A DNA stretch of 64,000 bases from Burkholderiales bacterium. GTDB taxonomy: Bacteria > Pseudomonadota > Gammaproteobacteria > Burkholderiales > JABEVD01. The translations under genes were made by a program, and so were the position numbers. Below, one piece after another: positions 1-11,451 of the stretch. The stretch's first letter is position 1. Each line of letters opens with the position of its first letter. The stretch lies in contig JAIELG010000017.1 in assembly GCA_019753155.1 (NCBI GenBank), forward strand, positions 49,576 through 113,575, given 5' to 3'. The notes under the pieces are model-generated. The model was given only the letters and a program-made list of their open reading frames with translations. It ran no database searches and had not been told where the DNA came from.

Positions 1-279
1 GGATCCGTGTTTTCGTTCGACTCGAATGAAAACCTGCACATGCGTTATACGGCGAGGACGCGCTCGATTGCATGGAAGCAGGACGGCATCACGCTTGCCG
101 CAGTGGCCGCGATCGAAACAGCGCTTTCATCCCCCTCGCCTTATATTTTCCATGTCAAGCTCGAACCCGGCATGGGCCTCATCTGCAACAACGTGCTGCA
201 CGATCGCGCAGGGTTTTCGGACGAGACCCGCCTCCTCTACCGCGCCCGCTACTACGGCAGGGTTTATTACCGCAGTTAA
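1..279 (+). CDS. C-terminal fragment (5' end lies off-window) of a TauD/TfdA-family Fe(II)/2-oxoglutarate dioxygenase-like protein
   Basis: Frame-1 reading frame is open from base 1 to the stop at 277-279. The tail ...PGMGLICNNVLHDRAGF...RLLYRARY resembles the C-terminal His/Arg region of TauD/TfdA dioxygenases. Recognised by eye only. Confidence 0.45.
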   Translation, partial: GSVFSFDSNENLHMRYTARTRSIAWKQDGITLAAVAAIETALSSPSPYIFHVKLEPGMGLICNNVLHDRAGFSDETRLLYRARYYGRVYYRS

Positions 280-324
280 GACCTGTTATGTATTACACAT
301 TAGGGAACCACTGATTTATTCCCA

Positions 325-942
325 ATGAAGGGAAGGGATCTGAGAGAATAGCCCAACAGGGTATTGGGAATGTAGTAGGCAATGCAGACGAGCTTTTCTG
401 AACTGGAATATGCAGCCAAGAAGAAACAGACCCGACGGGATCGGTTTTTGGCGGAAATTGAAGCGATCACGCCGTGGGATAAGCTGATCGAGAAGATTGT
501 CCCGTTCTATCCAAAGCAGGGAGGGCCTGGACGCCCACCGATTGGACTGAAGCGTATTCTGAGGATGTATGTGGCTCAGCAATGCTTTGGTCTGTCAGAC
601 GAGGGGATAGAAGACGCGATCTACGACAGTCAGGCGATACGGCATTTTGTTGGGATTGATCTGAGCCGCGAAGCCGCCCCCGATGCCACGACGGTGCTCA
701 ACTTCAGGCATTTGCTGGAGAGGCATCAATTGACCGAGGCCATTTTCAACACCATCAATGGGCATCTGGCCGAGAAGGGGCTGTTTCTTCGGGAAGGAAC
801 GATTGTGGATGCCACGCTGATTGCAGCTCCGCCCTCGACCAAGAACGAGGACGGCCAGCGCGATCCGGAGATGCACCAGACCAAGAAAGGCAATCAATGG
901 CATTTCGGCATGAAGGCGCACATCGGCGTCGATGCGCAATGA
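325..942 (+). mobile_element. IS5-family insertion sequence remnant (left end plus 5' half of the transposase gene; right half deleted)
   Basis: A GGAAGGGATCTGAGAG... terminal-repeat-like sequence at ~328-345 is followed by an InsH/IS5-type transposase ORF. That ORF stops abruptly at codon 186 of an expected ~330. Confidence 0.6.
382..942 (+). pseudogene. Truncated IS5-family (InsH-like, DDE) transposase
   Basis: The N-terminus matches IS5 transposases: AKKKQTRRDRFL...PWDKL, PPIGLKRILRMY..Q..FGLSDEG.EDA.YDS..IR.F, GTIVDATLIAAP, WHFGMKAHIGVDA. It ends right after the first catalytic Asp region, and the rest of the DDE domain is missing. Confidence 0.8.
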
Positions 943-1228
943 CGCAGCGACACCGCTATTCTCCACTCGCTGAATCAGGGCGGTTTCCTCCGCCTACTGA
1001 TGCTGAAAATCAACCGTTTGATTCGTCCGCGCGCAACCTATTGACTCATATCTGTTGCAATCATGACCCTTGCGTACTTCGGGCGACTTTGAGAGATCTG
1101 AGCCGGAGAGAAAAATGGTCCGGAGAGAGTGAAATGTGGCCGGGAACGGCCAATGCGGGCGGCTACCGAAGTCCGCAGGCTTCCGTAGGAACCCCCAACA
1201 GCACGCGGGAACTGGCGCGATCGGACAA

Positions 1229-1260
1229 GAAAAAACCCCAACTGAGAACGGTTGAGGGTT
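1229..1260 (-). terminator. Rho-independent terminator downstream of ssrA
   Basis: The minus strand reads AACCCTCAACCGTTCTCAGTTGGGGTTTTTT. This is a 7-8 bp stem with one bulge followed by a T6 run, directly after the tmRNA CCA end. Confidence 0.6.
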
Positions 1261-1267
1261 TTGTTAT

Positions 1268-1624
1268 TGGTGGAGGCGGCGGGAATCGAACCCGCGTCCG
1301 CAAGCCCTCTACAGGCAGTTCTACATACTTAGTCCGGTTGTTTGATTTAACCCTGGCACGCCAGCCGAACAGGCTTGCTTCAGGCGAGTCGCCTATTTTT
1401 TAGCGTCATGCAAAGCGACCCTGCATGTTGCGATTCCATGTAAATGACTCCACTGCCCAGAATCAGGCCCGGCCCATGGACTGCCGGCGTGGAGTTTAGC
1501 CGATTAAGCGGCTAAAGCGAAACGTTCGTCGTTTGCGTTTAAAGTTTTCCAGCTTTTTACAAGGTACTGGTCCTCGGTATGCCCCACTCTGCTTTGCAAC
1601 CCACGTCGAAACCAGGTCGCCCCC
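1268..1624 (-). ncRNA. ssrA: tmRNA (SsrA), 357 nt
   Basis: The minus-strand 5' end is GGGGCGACCTGGTTTCGACGTGGG. The 3' end is GCGGGTTCGATTCCCGCCGCCTCCACCA, a tRNA-Ala-like T-arm/acceptor plus CCA. The internal tag ORF GCAAACGACGAACGTTTCGCTTTAGCCGCTTAA (1504-1536) encodes ANDERFALAA*. Confidence 0.95.
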
Positions 1625-1686
1625 GGCTTTGCGCCACTATAACATAGCGGCGGTCAATCATATAGACAGGGGAAGCTCGGACAAGT

Positions 1687-2337
1687 TCAGGCAATATACT
1701 TCAGAAGCTCCAGAGGATGATCGATCCCGCCATGCGCGCCCCAGCTTTCCACATCCCCGGCGCCGAGGTAGCCGTAACGCGCAACGATGGAAATCATTCC
1801 CGCGGCAAGGCTCGCATCCGTATCGCGCCTGTCGTCCCCAAGATAAATGCAGCTCGATGGCGAAACGGACAATTTTTCCGCAGCATAAAGCAGGGGTTCG
1901 GGATGGGGCTTCTGATGGGCGCAGAGATCCCCGCCCACGACAACCTGCGCGGCCAGCCCCAGCCTTTCCACGAGCGGCAGGGTGAAGCGCATGGGCTTGT
2001 TGGTGACGATTCCCCAGGGAAGACCCATTTTTCCCACCTCGTCCAGGAGTTCCGGCATGCCGTCGAAAAGGCGCGTCCTGTTGCAGATATTCTCCATGTA
2101 CACTTCGAGGAATTCGTCACGAAGCAAGGCGTAGCCTTCGGCCTCCGGCGTGATTCCAAAACCCAGGCCGAGCAGCCCGCGCACCCCGTTGGACGCCTGC
2201 GGCCGGATGATCCCGAGGGCAAGCTCGGGAAGCCCCCTATCCGATCTCAGCGTGTTGAGCGCAAGCCCCAGATCCTTCGCGGTATCGGCAAGCGTGCCGT
2301 CGAGATCGAACAGTATCGCGGTCAAGCCCTGCACCAC
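1687..2337 (-). CDS. gph: Phosphoglycolate phosphatase (HAD superfamily)
   Basis: 216 aa with the HAD motif [12 protein letters not shown], plus GIVTNKP and a C-terminal YLGDD.RD. Position next to ubiG is as in many proteobacteria. Confidence 0.8.
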   Translation of the reverse strand: MVQGLTAILFDLDGTLADTAKDLGLALNTLRSDRGLPELALGIIRPQASNGVRGLLGLGFGITPEAEGYALLRDEFLEVYMENICNRTRLFDGMPELLDEVGKMGLPWGIVTNKPMRFTLPLVERLGLAAQVVVGGDLCAHQKPHPEPLLYAAEKLSVSPSSCIYLGDDRRDTDASLAAGMISIVARYGYLGAGDVESWGAHGGIDHPLELLKYIA

Positions 2338-3011
2338 AGGATATAGTTGATGTCGACATCCCGCCCCAGGGCATAGCGTTTCTCGAAAGGATCGTAGCTT
2401 ATCCCGATGAGATCTTCGACTTCGAGACCCGCATTCCTGCAGAAATGGGCAAGCTCCGAAGGCTTGATGAATTTGGAATAATCATGAGTACCCTTGGGCA
2501 GCAGGTTGAAGATGTATTCGGCACCGAGAACCGCAAGGAGATAGGATTTCGGATTGCGGTTGAGGGTGGAGAAAAACACATGACCGCCAGGCTTCACGAG
2601 TTCGGCGCAGGCCGTCACGATGCTCTGCGGATCGGGAACATGTTCGAGCATCTCCATGCAGGTCACGACATCGAAATTGCGGGGCCTGACCTGCGCGAAA
2701 TGCTCAACGGGCATCTTCAGGTATTCGACTTCCAGCGCGCTTTCGAAAAGATGGAGTTTCGCTACGTTGAGCGCCTTTTCGGCGAGATCGATGCCGGTCA
2801 CTTTCGCGCCCTTTGCCGCCATGGATTCCGAAAGTATCCCGCCACCGCAGCCGACATCCAGCACGGACTTCCCGGCAAGTGAGGCGTTCTTGTCGATATA
2901 GTCCAGGCGCAGCGGATTAACCTCGTGGAGCGGTTTGAACGCCCCGTTCCTGTCCCACCAGTGATGCGCATTGTGACTGAATTTTTCGATTTCGATCTGA
3001 TCCACGTTCAT
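2322..3011 (-). CDS. ubiG: Bifunctional 3-demethylubiquinol 3-O-methyltransferase / 2-polyprenyl-6-hydroxyphenol methylase
   Basis: The UbiG N-terminus is [11 protein letters not shown]...HHWWD..G.FKPLH..NP.RL.YI, with SAM motif [13 protein letters not shown]. Start placed at the internal Met (3011) rather than the track start at 3050. Confidence 0.9.
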   Translation of the reverse strand: MNVDQIEIEKFSHNAHHWWDRNGAFKPLHEVNPLRLDYIDKNASLAGKSVLDVGCGGGILSESMAAKGAKVTGIDLAEKALNVAKLHLFESALEVEYLKMPVEHFAQVRPRNFDVVTCMEMLEHVPDPQSIVTACAELVKPGGHVFFSTLNRNPKSYLLAVLGAEYIFNLLPKGTHDYSKFIKPSELAHFCRNAGLEVEDLIGISYDPFEKRYALGRDVDINYILWCRA

Positions 3012-3022
3012 GATGATTTCCC

Positions 3023-4339
3023 TTAAGCTGAAGCGATCCTTTCTTTCCACCGGGCCGCCTTCGTTATCAATGCCGCCTCGTCGAGCGAGACGAAATTCCC
3101 TTCATCCACCCTGATCTCCCCGCCGACCCAGACATGGCTGACATGTTCGCGTCCTGCGCAATAGACGAGATGGGAAAGCGGGTCGTAAACCGGGGAAAGC
3201 TCGCTCCCCGTCATCTCCATCGCCACCATGTCGGCGAATTTACCCGGAACCAGGGAGCCGATATCCTTGTCCATCCCGAGCGCCCGAGCGCCATTCAATG
3301 TCGCCATTTCGATGGCGCGATGAGCGGGCAGGGCTTCCGCCTTTCTGGTTTGCCCCTTGGCGAGGAGCGCTGCCAGACGCATCTCCGCGAACATGTCGGA
3401 GCGGTTGTTGCTCGCAGCTCCATCGGTTCCAAGCCCGACATTGATCCCGGCATCCATCATTTCCGAAACAGGCGCAAAGCCGCTTGCGAGTTTAAGGTTG
3501 GACGTTGGACAATGGGCCACATGGCAGCCTTCCCTTGCCAGAATCCCGATATCCTCGTGACTTGCATGAACCATGTGCACCGCGATCAGGTTCGGCCCCA
3601 GAAGGCCAAGTCTGGAGAGACGGGAAACCGGACTCATATGGTGCTGCTCCAGGCTCGACCTCACCTCATCCTGCGTCTCGTTCAGGTGGATATGGATGGG
3701 CAGGTCGAGTTCCTGCGCATAGGTCAGTATCTTGGAGAAGGATTTGTCGCTCACCGTGTAGGGCGCGTGAGGAGCGAAAAAGAAGGAAAGCGCCGGGTTC
3801 GAACCATATGCGTCCCGCGCGGCAAGCCCCTTGTTGAGATAATCGTCGCAATCGCTCGCATAAGGGGTCACGGAATCGAAAACGACCATGCCTATCGCTG
3901 CGCGCATTCCCGCATCCAGCACAGCCTGAGCCGCCGCGTCCGGAAAGAAATACATGTCGTTGAAAAAGGTCGTGCCGCCCTTGAGCATCTCGGCACAGGC
4001 AAGCTTCGTGCCGTCATAGACGAATTCGCGCCCCAGGTGCAGCTTCTCGGCGGGCCAGATATGTTCGGAGAGCCACCTCATGAGCGGAAGATCGTCGGCC
4101 ATCCCGCGCATCAGCGTCATCGCCGCATGAGTGTGGATATTGACGAGACCGGGTATGAGCATGTGGTTTCTGAGCGAAACCTGGCGCTTCGCAACAAATG
4201 ACCGATGCGCATCGATGCTGGGCAGGATCGCCCTGACCCTGCCGTTGGACACCACAACCGCATGGTTTTCGAGCACGACATCGGGTTCGACGGGGATGAC
4301 CCATCGTGCATCGATCAATAAATCAATCTGTTCAGCCAT
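3023..4339 (-). CDS. TRZ/ATZ-family amidohydrolase, probably 5-methylthioadenosine/S-adenosylhomocysteine deaminase (MtaD-like)
   Basis: Metal-dependent hydrolase motifs are present: [47 protein letters not shown]. Start placed at [14 protein letters not shown] (4339) rather than the longer track ORF. Confidence 0.8.
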   Translation of the reverse strand: MAEQIDLLIDARWVIPVEPDVVLENHAVVVSNGRVRAILPSIDAHRSFVAKRQVSLRNHMLIPGLVNIHTHAAMTLMRGMADDLPLMRWLSEHIWPAEKLHLGREFVYDGTKLACAEMLKGGTTFFNDMYFFPDAAAQAVLDAGMRAAIGMVVFDSVTPYASDCDDYLNKGLAARDAYGSNPALSFFFAPHAPYTVSDKSFSKILTYAQELDLPIHIHLNETQDEVRSSLEQHHMSPVSRLSRLGLLGPNLIAVHMVHASHEDIGILAREGCHVAHCPTSNLKLASGFAPVSEMMDAGINVGLGTDGAASNNRSDMFAEMRLAALLAKGQTRKAEALPAHRAIEMATLNGARALGMDKDIGSLVPGKFADMVAMEMTGSELSPVYDPLSHLVYCAGREHVSHVWVGGEIRVDEGNFVSLDEAALITKAARWKERIASA

Positions 4340-4524
4340 AGCTAACAAAAAGCCCCACGCTGCGGGAACGGGGGCACAATAGAGTCGTTCCAGAATCATA
4401 ACATAAAAAACTTTCTTGCCACGAACATGCAATTTGGGCAAGCTGATGTTAAAATCGAAGATTGGATCAATCCTGAAACTTAATAAATCAAGGTCTTCTG
4501 CAGCCTAGCGGCGATCGCACATTC

Positions 4525-7053
4525 ATGGAACAATTCGCAAAAGAAACCCTGCCTGTCAGCCTGGAAGAGGAGATGCGCCACTCCTATCTCGATTACGCGA
4601 TGAGCGTGATCGTCGGGAGGGCATTGCCGGATGTAAGGGACGGACTGAAACCCGTCCACAGACGCGTGCTGTACGCCATGCACGAACTCTCGAACGACTG
4701 GAACAAGCCGTACAAGAAATCCGCCCGTATCGTCGGTGACGTGATCGGCAAATACCACCCCCACGGCGATACGGCCGTTTACGACACCATAGTCAGGATG
4801 GCGCAGGACTTCTCCCTGCGTTACATCCTTGTCGACGGCCAGGGCAATTTCGGGTCAGTGGACGGCGACAATGCAGCGGCGATGCGTTATACCGAAATCA
4901 GGATGGCGAGGATCGGGCACGAGCTTCTGGCCGACCTCGAAAAGGAAACCGTCGATTTCGGCCCCAACTACGACGGGTCCGAACAGGAGCCGCTGGTTTT
5001 CCCGGCGAAGATCCCCAACCTCCTGATCAACGGTTCCTCGGGAATCGCCGTCGGGATGGCGACCAACATTCCGCCCCACAACCTCTCCGAAATCGTCGAT
5101 GCCTGCCTCGCACTCCTCGGAAACCCCGAAATCACCATAGATGATCTCATCGAGATCGTTCCCGGCCCCGACTTCCCGACTGCCGGAATCATCTACGGCA
5201 CAGTCGGCGTCAGGGAAGGATACAGGACAGGGCGGGGGCGAGTCGTCATGCGCGCCCGCACCCATTTCGAGGATCTCGAAAACCGGCAGGCGATCATCGT
5301 CGACGAGCTGCCCTATCAGGTCAACAAGAAAAATCTCATCGAAAAAATCGCCGAACTCGTCAGGGAAAAGAAGATCGAGGGCATTTCGGATTTGCGGGAC
5401 GAATCCGACCGCTCCGGAATGCGCGTCGTGATCGAACTCAAGCGCGCTGAAATGCCTGAAGTCGTGCTGAACAATCTCTACAAGCAGACTCAGCTTCAGG
5501 ATACTTTCGGCATGAACTTCGTCGCGCTTGTCGACAACCAGCCGAGGCTCCTCAACCTCAAGCAAATCCTGGAAGCCTTCCTGCGCCACAGGTTCGAGGT
5601 GGTGACGAGACGCCATGTGTTCGAACTCAAAAAGGCGAGGGATCGCGGACATATCCTGGAGGGCCTGGCGGTCGCGCTCTCCAACGTGGACGAAATCATT
5701 GCCCTCATCAAGTCCTCCCCCACCCCGTCCATCGCACGCGAAGCGCTGATGAAAAGATCCTGGCGCTCGAAGCTCGTCGAAGATATGCTCAAGCGCGCGC
5801 TCGACTCGCGCCCCGAGGGCCTTCCCCTGGAATTCGGGCTGACCGGATCGGGCTACTTCCTCTCGGAAGCCCAGTCGCAGGCCATCCTCGAACTGCGACT
5901 GCAGCGCCTGACCGGGCTGGAGCAGGACAAGATCGTTACGGAATACGGCGAAATCATGGACAAAATCGCCGACCTCATCGACATCCTGTCCAAGGCTTCC
6001 CGCGTCAATGAAATCATAGCGACCGAGCTTGGCGAGATCAGGAGCCAGTTCGGCGACAAGCGGCGCAGCGAAATCATCGTGAATGCGGAAAACCTGAGCA
6101 TGGAAGACCTGATCACGCCCGAGGATCTCGTCGTGACGCTCTCCCACAGCGGCTACATCAAGAGCCAGCCGCTCGACGATTACCATGCGCAGAAACGCGG
6201 CGGACGCGGAAAACAGGCTGCATCGACCAAGGAAGACGATTTCATCGACAGGCTGTTCATCGCCAACAGCCACGATTACATTCTTTGTTTCTCGAGCCTG
6301 GGCCGCGTCTACTGGATCAAGGTCTACGAAGTGCCCCAGGGCAGCAGGACGAGCCGTGGCAAGCCTATCGTCAACCTGCTGCCGCTTGCCGAGAACGAGA
6401 AGATCAATGCGATCCTGCCGGTAAAATCCTTCCTTGAGGATCATTACGTGTTCATGGCGACTTCGAACGGCACGGTCAAGAAAACCCCGCTTTCGGAATT
6501 CTCCCGCCCGCGCACGTCCGGGATCATCGCCATCGATCTCGACGAAAACGACTTCCTGATCGGCGTCGTCATCACCTGCGGCCGGCACGACATCATGCTA
6601 TTCTCGGATTCGGGAAAAGCCGTGCGCTTCGATGAAAACGACGTGAGGGCGATGGGCAGGGGCGCGCGCGGCGTGCGTGGCATGAGGCTGCCTGAAAACA
6701 GCCGAGTGATCTCGCTCCTCGCGGCGGAAGACGAAATGCAGTCCGTCCTCACGGCGACCGAAAACGGCTACGGCAAACGCACATCCATCACCGAATACAC
6801 ACGGCATGGGCGCGGCACCCAGGGGATGATCGCCATACAGACTTCCGAACGCAACGGGCGAGTCGTGGCCGCAACCCTCGTCGAGGAATCCGATGAAATC
6901 ATGCTCATCACGACGGGCGGCGTATTGATACGCACGCGTGTCGTCGAAATCAGGGAAATGAGCCGCTCGACCCAGGGTGTCACCCTGATCAATCTCGGGC
7001 CGGACGAAAAGCTGGCGGGTCTTGAAAAGGTTGTCGAAACGGAGGAAGAATAA
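4525..7053 (+). CDS. gyrA: DNA gyrase subunit A
   Basis: 842 aa with the canonical N-terminus ...[33 protein letters not shown] and the active-site AAMRYTE. C-terminal beta-pinwheel repeats are present. Confidence 0.97.
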   Translation: MEQFAKETLPVSLEEEMRHSYLDYAMSVIVGRALPDVRDGLKPVHRRVLYAMHELSNDWNKPYKKSARIVGDVIGKYHPHGDTAVYDTIVRMAQDFSLRYILVDGQGNFGSVDGDNAAAMRYTEIRMARIGHELLADLEKETVDFGPNYDGSEQEPLVFPAKIPNLLINGSSGIAVGMATNIPPHNLSEIVDACLALLGNPEITIDDLIEIVPGPDFPTAGIIYGTVGVREGYRTGRGRVVMRARTHFEDLENRQAIIVDELPYQVNKKNLIEKIAELVREKKIEGISDLRDESDRSGMRVVIELKRAEMPEVVLNNLYKQTQLQDTFGMNFVALVDNQPRLLNLKQILEAFLRHRFEVVTRRHVFELKKARDRGHILEGLAVALSNVDEIIALIKSSPTPSIAREALMKRSWRSKLVEDMLKRALDSRPEGLPLEFGLTGSGYFLSEAQSQAILELRLQRLTGLEQDKIVTEYGEIMDKIADLIDILSKASRVNEIIATELGEIRSQFGDKRRSEIIVNAENLSMEDLITPEDLVVTLSHSGYIKSQPLDDYHAQKRGGRGKQAASTKEDDFIDRLFIANSHDYILCFSSLGRVYWIKVYEVPQGSRTSRGKPIVNLLPLAENEKINAILPVKSFLEDHYVFMATSNGTVKKTPLSEFSRPRTSGIIAIDLDENDFLIGVVITCGRHDIMLFSDSGKAVRFDENDVRAMGRGARGVRGMRLPENSRVISLLAAEDEMQSVLTATENGYGKRTSITEYTRHGRGTQGMIAIQTSERNGRVVAATLVEESDEIMLITTGGVLIRTRVVEIREMSRSTQGVTLINLGPDEKLAGLEKVVETEEE

Positions 7054-8120
7054 TGAGAGTTTACAATTTCAGCGCAGGCCCGGCGGTATTGCCCGAGGAA
7101 GTTCTTGAAACGGCCAAGGCCGAGATGCTCGACTGGCGCGGCAGCGGCATGTCCGTCATGGAAATGAGCCATCGGGGCAAGGAATTCATGGGAATCGCTC
7201 AGGAAGCCGAAACCGATCTGCGCGAGCTTCTTTCCATTCCAGCCGGTTACAAGGTTCTTTTCCTCCAGGGCGGCGCTTCCGCACAGTTTTCCATGATCCC
7301 GATGAACCTGCTGCGCGGAAAATCCTGCGCGGATTACGTCAACACGGGAGAATGGTCGAAAAAAGCGATCAGCGAAGCCAAGAAATTCTGCACGGTGAAC
7401 ATCGCGGCAAGCGCCGAGGATCGCAAATTCACCTATGCCCCGAAGGAACTGAAGCTCTCTCCGGATGCCGCCTATGTCCATTACACCCCCAACGAGACGA
7501 TAGGCGGGGTCGAGTTCGACTGGATCCCGGAGACGGGGGAAGTTCCCCTGGTTGCCGACATGTCCTCCAATATCCTCTCGCGCAAAATCGACGTTTCGCG
7601 CTTCGGCCTCATCTATGCCGGGGCGCAGAAAAACATCGGTCCTGCGGGACTTGCCATAGTGATCGTGCGTGAAGACCTGATTGGAAATCCGCTCCCCGGC
7701 ATCCCGACAATGCTGGACTACAAGATCCATGCGGACAACGACTCAATGTACAACACGCCGCCGACATATGGGATCTACATCGCGGGGCTGGTGTTCAAAT
7801 GGCTGAAGAAAAACGGCGGGCTGGAAGCCATGGAAGCGCGCAACATCGAAAAAGCGAAGATCCTCTACGATTATCTCGATTCCGGCGATTTCTACCACAA
7901 CCCCGTGGCGCGGGAGGACCGCTCCAGGATGAATATTCCCTTCACCCTGAAGGATGCGGAGCGGGACGGTGCATTTTTGAAGGGCGCGGAAGCGCGCAAC
8001 ATGTTCCAGCTCAAGGGCCACCGCTCTGTTGGCGGGATGCGCGCTTCGCTCTACAACGCCATGCCCATCGAAGGCGTGAAAGCCCTCGTCGAATTCATGC
8101 GGGAATTCGAGCATGCCTGA
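7053..8120 (+). CDS. serC: 3-phosphoserine / phosphohydroxythreonine aminotransferase
   Basis: 355 aa beginning [18 protein letters not shown], with the PLP-Lys region YAGAQKNIGPAGL. TAATG overlap with the gyrA stop. Confidence 0.95.
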   Translation: MRVYNFSAGPAVLPEEVLETAKAEMLDWRGSGMSVMEMSHRGKEFMGIAQEAETDLRELLSIPAGYKVLFLQGGASAQFSMIPMNLLRGKSCADYVNTGEWSKKAISEAKKFCTVNIAASAEDRKFTYAPKELKLSPDAAYVHYTPNETIGGVEFDWIPETGEVPLVADMSSNILSRKIDVSRFGLIYAGAQKNIGPAGLAIVIVREDLIGNPLPGIPTMLDYKIHADNDSMYNTPPTYGIYIAGLVFKWLKKNGGLEAMEARNIEKAKILYDYLDSGDFYHNPVAREDRSRMNIPFTLKDAERDGAFLKGAEARNMFQLKGHRSVGGMRASLYNAMPIEGVKALVEFMREFEHA

Positions 8121-9294
8121 GCCATTCAGGATCCTGACCCTCAATTCGATTTCAGCCTGTGGGCTGGAACGTTTTGCGCCCAGGCGCTACGAGGTCGGGC
8201 CGAAGATCGACAACCCCGATGCGATCCTGCTGCGATCCTTCGACATGCACAACATGGGCATACCGGAATCGGTCCTTGCGATAGCGCGGGCAGGCGCCGG
8301 AACGAACAACATCCCGGTGGCGAAAATGACGTCGCATGGAATCCCGGTATTCAATACGCCTGGGGCAAACGCAAATGCCGTAAAGGAACTGGTGCTCGCC
8401 GCGATGCTGATGGGTGCGCGGAACCTGATCCCTGCGATCAAATTTGCCGAAAGCCTCGAAGGGGTGGACATAGGCAAGCAGGTGGAGGAAGGCAAGAAGG
8501 CTTTCGCCGGCAGCGAACTGCCTGGCCATACCCTCGGCATCATCGGCCTTGGCGCAATCGGCAGGCTGGTCGCCGAAACCGCGCTCAGGCTTGGCATGAA
8601 TGTCATGGGATACGATCCCGAAATCACGGTCGACGCCGCATGGGGCCTGCCATCCCAGGTTGTCAGGGCATACAGCGTGGAAGCGCTCCTGAAAGCGAGT
8701 GATTTCGTCACCCTGCATGTTCCGCTTCTGGATTCGACGCGCAACCTGATCGATGCGAAGCGCCTGTCGGTCATGAAAAAAAGCGCCATCCTGCTCAATT
8801 TCGCGCGCGACGGCATAGTCGACGAAGATGCGGTCATTGCAGCACTGGAAGCCAGAAAAATCAAATCCTACATCTGCGATTTTCCGGGCGAAAAGCTCAA
8901 GGGTCGGCAAGGGGTGGTCGCATTCCCCCATCTCGGCGCATCGACGCGCGAAGCGGAAGACAACTGTGCAGTCATGGCGGCGAGCCAGGTCATGGATTAT
9001 CTCGAACACGGCAACATCCTGAATACCGTGAATTTCCCCAACCTGGAAATGGCGCGGGAATCGAACTACAGGATCGCCATAGTCAACGCCAATGTTCCGA
9101 ACATGCTGGGGCAGATATCCACGGCATTCGCGGGGGCCGGGATCAACATCCACAACATGGCGAACAAATCGCGCGGGGAAATCGCCTATACGCTGGTCGA
9201 TATCGATTCTCCCGCATCCTCCCCCGTCATCGAACAAATCGCCTCGATTCCCGGCGTCGTCAGGGTCAGGGACCTGGCTTTAAGACATGAGTGA
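8113..9294 (+). CDS. serA: D-3-phosphoglycerate dehydrogenase with C-terminal ACT domain
   Basis: NAD-binding motif GIIGLGAIGR and 2-hydroxyacid dehydrogenase signatures (FVTLHVPL, NFARDGIVDE, PHLGAST.EA). An ACT-like tail is present. Sits between serC and pheA. Confidence 0.85.
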   Translation: MPEPFRILTLNSISACGLERFAPRRYEVGPKIDNPDAILLRSFDMHNMGIPESVLAIARAGAGTNNIPVAKMTSHGIPVFNTPGANANAVKELVLAAMLMGARNLIPAIKFAESLEGVDIGKQVEEGKKAFAGSELPGHTLGIIGLGAIGRLVAETALRLGMNVMGYDPEITVDAAWGLPSQVVRAYSVEALLKASDFVTLHVPLLDSTRNLIDAKRLSVMKKSAILLNFARDGIVDEDAVIAALEARKIKSYICDFPGEKLKGRQGVVAFPHLGASTREAEDNCAVMAASQVMDYLEHGNILNTVNFPNLEMARESNYRIAIVNANVPNMLGQISTAFAGAGINIHNMANKSRGEIAYTLVDIDSPASSPVIEQIASIPGVVRVRDLALRHE

Positions 9295-10348
9295 AGACCG
9301 CCTCAAACATCACAGGGAAGCGATCGATGCAATCGATCTCGAAATTCTCGAGTTGATCAGCCGCCGTGCCGAGCATGCGAGAAAAATCGGGCACATCAAG
9401 AACGGCGCGATCTACAGGCCAGAACGCGAAGCTCAGGTGCTGCGCAGGCTGAGGGAAAAAAACAGGGGGCCGCTTTCCGGCGAGGCCGTCGCCGGGTTGT
9501 TCGTCGAAATCATCTCCGCCTGCAGGGCGCTCGAAGAAGGGCTGAAGGTGGCTTATCTCGGCCCGGAAGGCACTTTCTCCCAGCAGGCGGCGATCAAGCA
9601 CTTCGGCCACGAAGCGAAGTCGATTTCATGCCTGTCGATCGACGCTATTTTCAGGGCTGTGGAGTCGGGCAATAGCGATTACGCCGTCGTTCCTGTCGAG
9701 AACACGACAGGCGGGTCGATCCCGATAACGCTCGACCTTCTCCTGAAATCTCCCCTCAAAATCTGCGGCGAAGTGCTGCTGCGCGTACACCAGAATCTTC
9801 TGGGCAGAAGCATGGAGAAAATCGAAAAAATCTATTCCCATGCCCAGTCTCTCGCCCAGTGTCGCGAATGGCTCAACCGGAATCTGCCCGATGCCGCGCG
9901 CATCGAGGTTTCGAGCAATGCCGAAGCTGCGAGGCTCGCCTCCATGGACGATACCGCCTGCGCCATAGCAGGGGAGACTGCCGCGGAAGTCTACAAGCTC
10001 GACATCCTTGCCGGAAACATCGAGGATGAACCCGACAACACGACCCGCTTTCTGGTGCTGGGAAAAGTGGATGCGGCCCCTTCCGGCTGCGACAAGACTT
10101 CCCTCGTTTTTTCCGCGAAGAACAGACCGGGCGCCGTGCATGATCTGCTCGCCCCGTTCGCGGACCACAAGGTCAGCATGACGAAATTCGAATCCCGTCC
10201 TGCCGGAACCGGATTATGGGAATATGCTTTCTTCGTCGACATCGAAGGGCATCAGAAGGACAAAAACGTCGCAAAAGCGCTCGAAGAACTCGCTGCAAGG
10301 ACGGCATTCCTCAAAATATTTGGTTCCTATCCATCGGCAGTCTCATGA
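9287..10348 (+). CDS. pheA: Bifunctional chorismate mutase / prephenate dehydratase (P-protein)
   Basis: N-terminal chorismate mutase motif (REAID.ID.EIL.L...RA) followed by a PDT domain ([14 protein letters not shown]...VPVENTTGG). The ACT region contains NTTRFLVLG and ESRP. Confidence 0.95.
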   Translation: MSEDRLKHHREAIDAIDLEILELISRRAEHARKIGHIKNGAIYRPEREAQVLRRLREKNRGPLSGEAVAGLFVEIISACRALEEGLKVAYLGPEGTFSQQAAIKHFGHEAKSISCLSIDAIFRAVESGNSDYAVVPVENTTGGSIPITLDLLLKSPLKICGEVLLRVHQNLLGRSMEKIEKIYSHAQSLAQCREWLNRNLPDAARIEVSSNAEAARLASMDDTACAIAGETAAEVYKLDILAGNIEDEPDNTTRFLVLGKVDAAPSGCDKTSLVFSAKNRPGAVHDLLAPFADHKVSMTKFESRPAGTGLWEYAFFVDIEGHQKDKNVAKALEELAARTAFLKIFGSYPSAVS

Positions 10349-11451
10349 GCATCGATATCTGCGAAATCACGCCCAGCCACATCCGCTCCATTTTCCCCTA
10401 TGCGCCGGGAAAACCGATCCCGGAACTGGAACGGGAACTCGGCATCAGGGACATCGTGAAGCTCGCCTCCAACGAAAATCCGCTTGGAACGAGCCCGAAA
10501 GCATTGATGGCGGCCGAAAAGGCGTTGCTTGATGTGGCACGCTATCCCGACGGCAACGGCTTCGAACTCAAAGCCGCGATCTCGGAGCGCTACGGGATTG
10601 AGCGGGATGCCATCGTGCTCGGCAACGGCTCCAACGACCTGCTCGAACTTGCCGCCCGCGCTTTCCTCGAACCCGGATGCTCGGCGGTTTTTTCACAGCA
10701 TGCTTTCGCCGTGTATTCCCTTGCCGTTCAGGCGGCGGGCGCCAAGGGAATAGAAGCGCCCGCGAAAGACTGGGGGCACGACCTGGATGCGATGTTCGCA
10801 AAGCTGGAAAACGAGACCAGGATGGTGTTCATCGCGAATCCCAACAATCCCACGGGCACCTTGCTGGAAGCGGACACGCTGCTGTCCTTCATGAAGCGGC
10901 TCCCCCCTTCCATCCTGGTCGTGCTCGACGAAGCCTACGACGAATACCTGCCCAGCGGACTCGACTCGAACAGCATGAAGTGGCTCGCCGATTTCCCCAA
11001 CCTGATCGTCACCCGGACATTCTCGAAGGCTTACGGCCTCGCGGGACTCAGGGTCGGATTCGCGCTCGCCCATCCCCTTGTTGCCGACATGATGAACCGG
11101 GTGAGGCAGCCCTTCAACGTCAACAGCATCGCCCAGGCAGCAGCGATCGCAGCGCTCTCCGACACCGCATTCCTTGCAAAAAGCCATGAACTCAACCTTT
11201 CGGGCATGAGCCAGTTGAAGGAAGGTTTCGCAAAAATGGGACTCGAATACATTCCTTCGTATGGAAACTTCCTGAGCTTCCATGTTGGACACGCCCATGC
11301 GATCTATCAGAAGCTCCTCAGGCTGGGCGTGATCGTGCGTCCGATTGCGGGCTACGCCATGCCGGAACACCTCAGGGTCAGCATCGGACTGGAATCCGAA
11401 AACGACAAATTTTTACAGGCCCTGAAAAGGGCGATTGGAGAATCAGCATGA
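10345..11451 (+). CDS. hisC: Histidinol-phosphate / aromatic aminotransferase
   Basis: Motifs [17 protein letters not shown] and [15 protein letters not shown] (PLP Lys). Start placed at ATG 10345, which overlaps the pheA stop as ATGA; the longer track ORF (10216) lies inside pheA. Confidence 0.9.
   Translation: MSIDICEITPSHIRSIFPYAPGKPIPELERELGIRDIVKLASNENPLGTSPKALMAAEKALLDVARYPDGNGFELKAAISERYGIERDAIVLGNGSNDLLELAARAFLEPGCSAVFSQHAFAVYSLAVQAAGAKGIEAPAKDWGHDLDAMFAKLENETRMVFIANPNNPTGTLLEADTLLSFMKRLPPSILVVLDEAYDEYLPSGLDSNSMKWLADFPNLIVTRTFSKAYGLAGLRVGFALAHPLVADMMNRVRQPFNVNSIAQAAAIAALSDTAFLAKSHELNLSGMSQLKEGFAKMGLEYIPSYGNFLSFHVGHAHAIYQKLLRLGVIVRPIAGYAMPEHLRVSIGLESENDKFLQALKRAIGESA

Noticed and set aside
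1-6. The window begins with GGATCC (a BamHI site), which might mark a clone boundary.
   Set aside because: It may simply be chance or a property of how the record was generated. It carries no biological information.
897-1985. Track ORFs 897-1403, 1038-1241 and 1533-1985, which overlap the tmRNA locus.
   Set aside because: They run through the ssrA structural RNA (1268-1624) and its terminator. Their translations are Arg/Pro-rich nonsense, and the RNA gene explains the region.
4756-4790. gyrA quinolone-resistance-determining region: [11 protein letters not shown] has Thr at the E. coli Ser83-equivalent position.
   Set aside because: Thr at this position is the wild-type residue in many non-enteric proteobacteria, and the Asp87 equivalent is unchanged. 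There is no evidence of a resistance mutation.
4855-6588. Very long ORFs antisense to well-conserved genes. Examples: 577 aa opposite gyrA; 16152-18176 (674 aa) opposite rpsA and ihfB; 32133-34349 (738 aa) opposite rnr; 34536-36161 opposite glgP; 43081-45462 (793 aa) opposite der and bamB; 24933-26156 opposite the LamG gene.
   Set aside because: Each lies fully opposite a gene with unmistakable conserved motifs, and some span two genes and their junction. Their translations are Arg/Gly/Asp/His-rich low-information sequence, typical of stop-poor antisense frames in GC-rich codon-biased DNA. They lack credible SD sequences and carry no motif I recognise.
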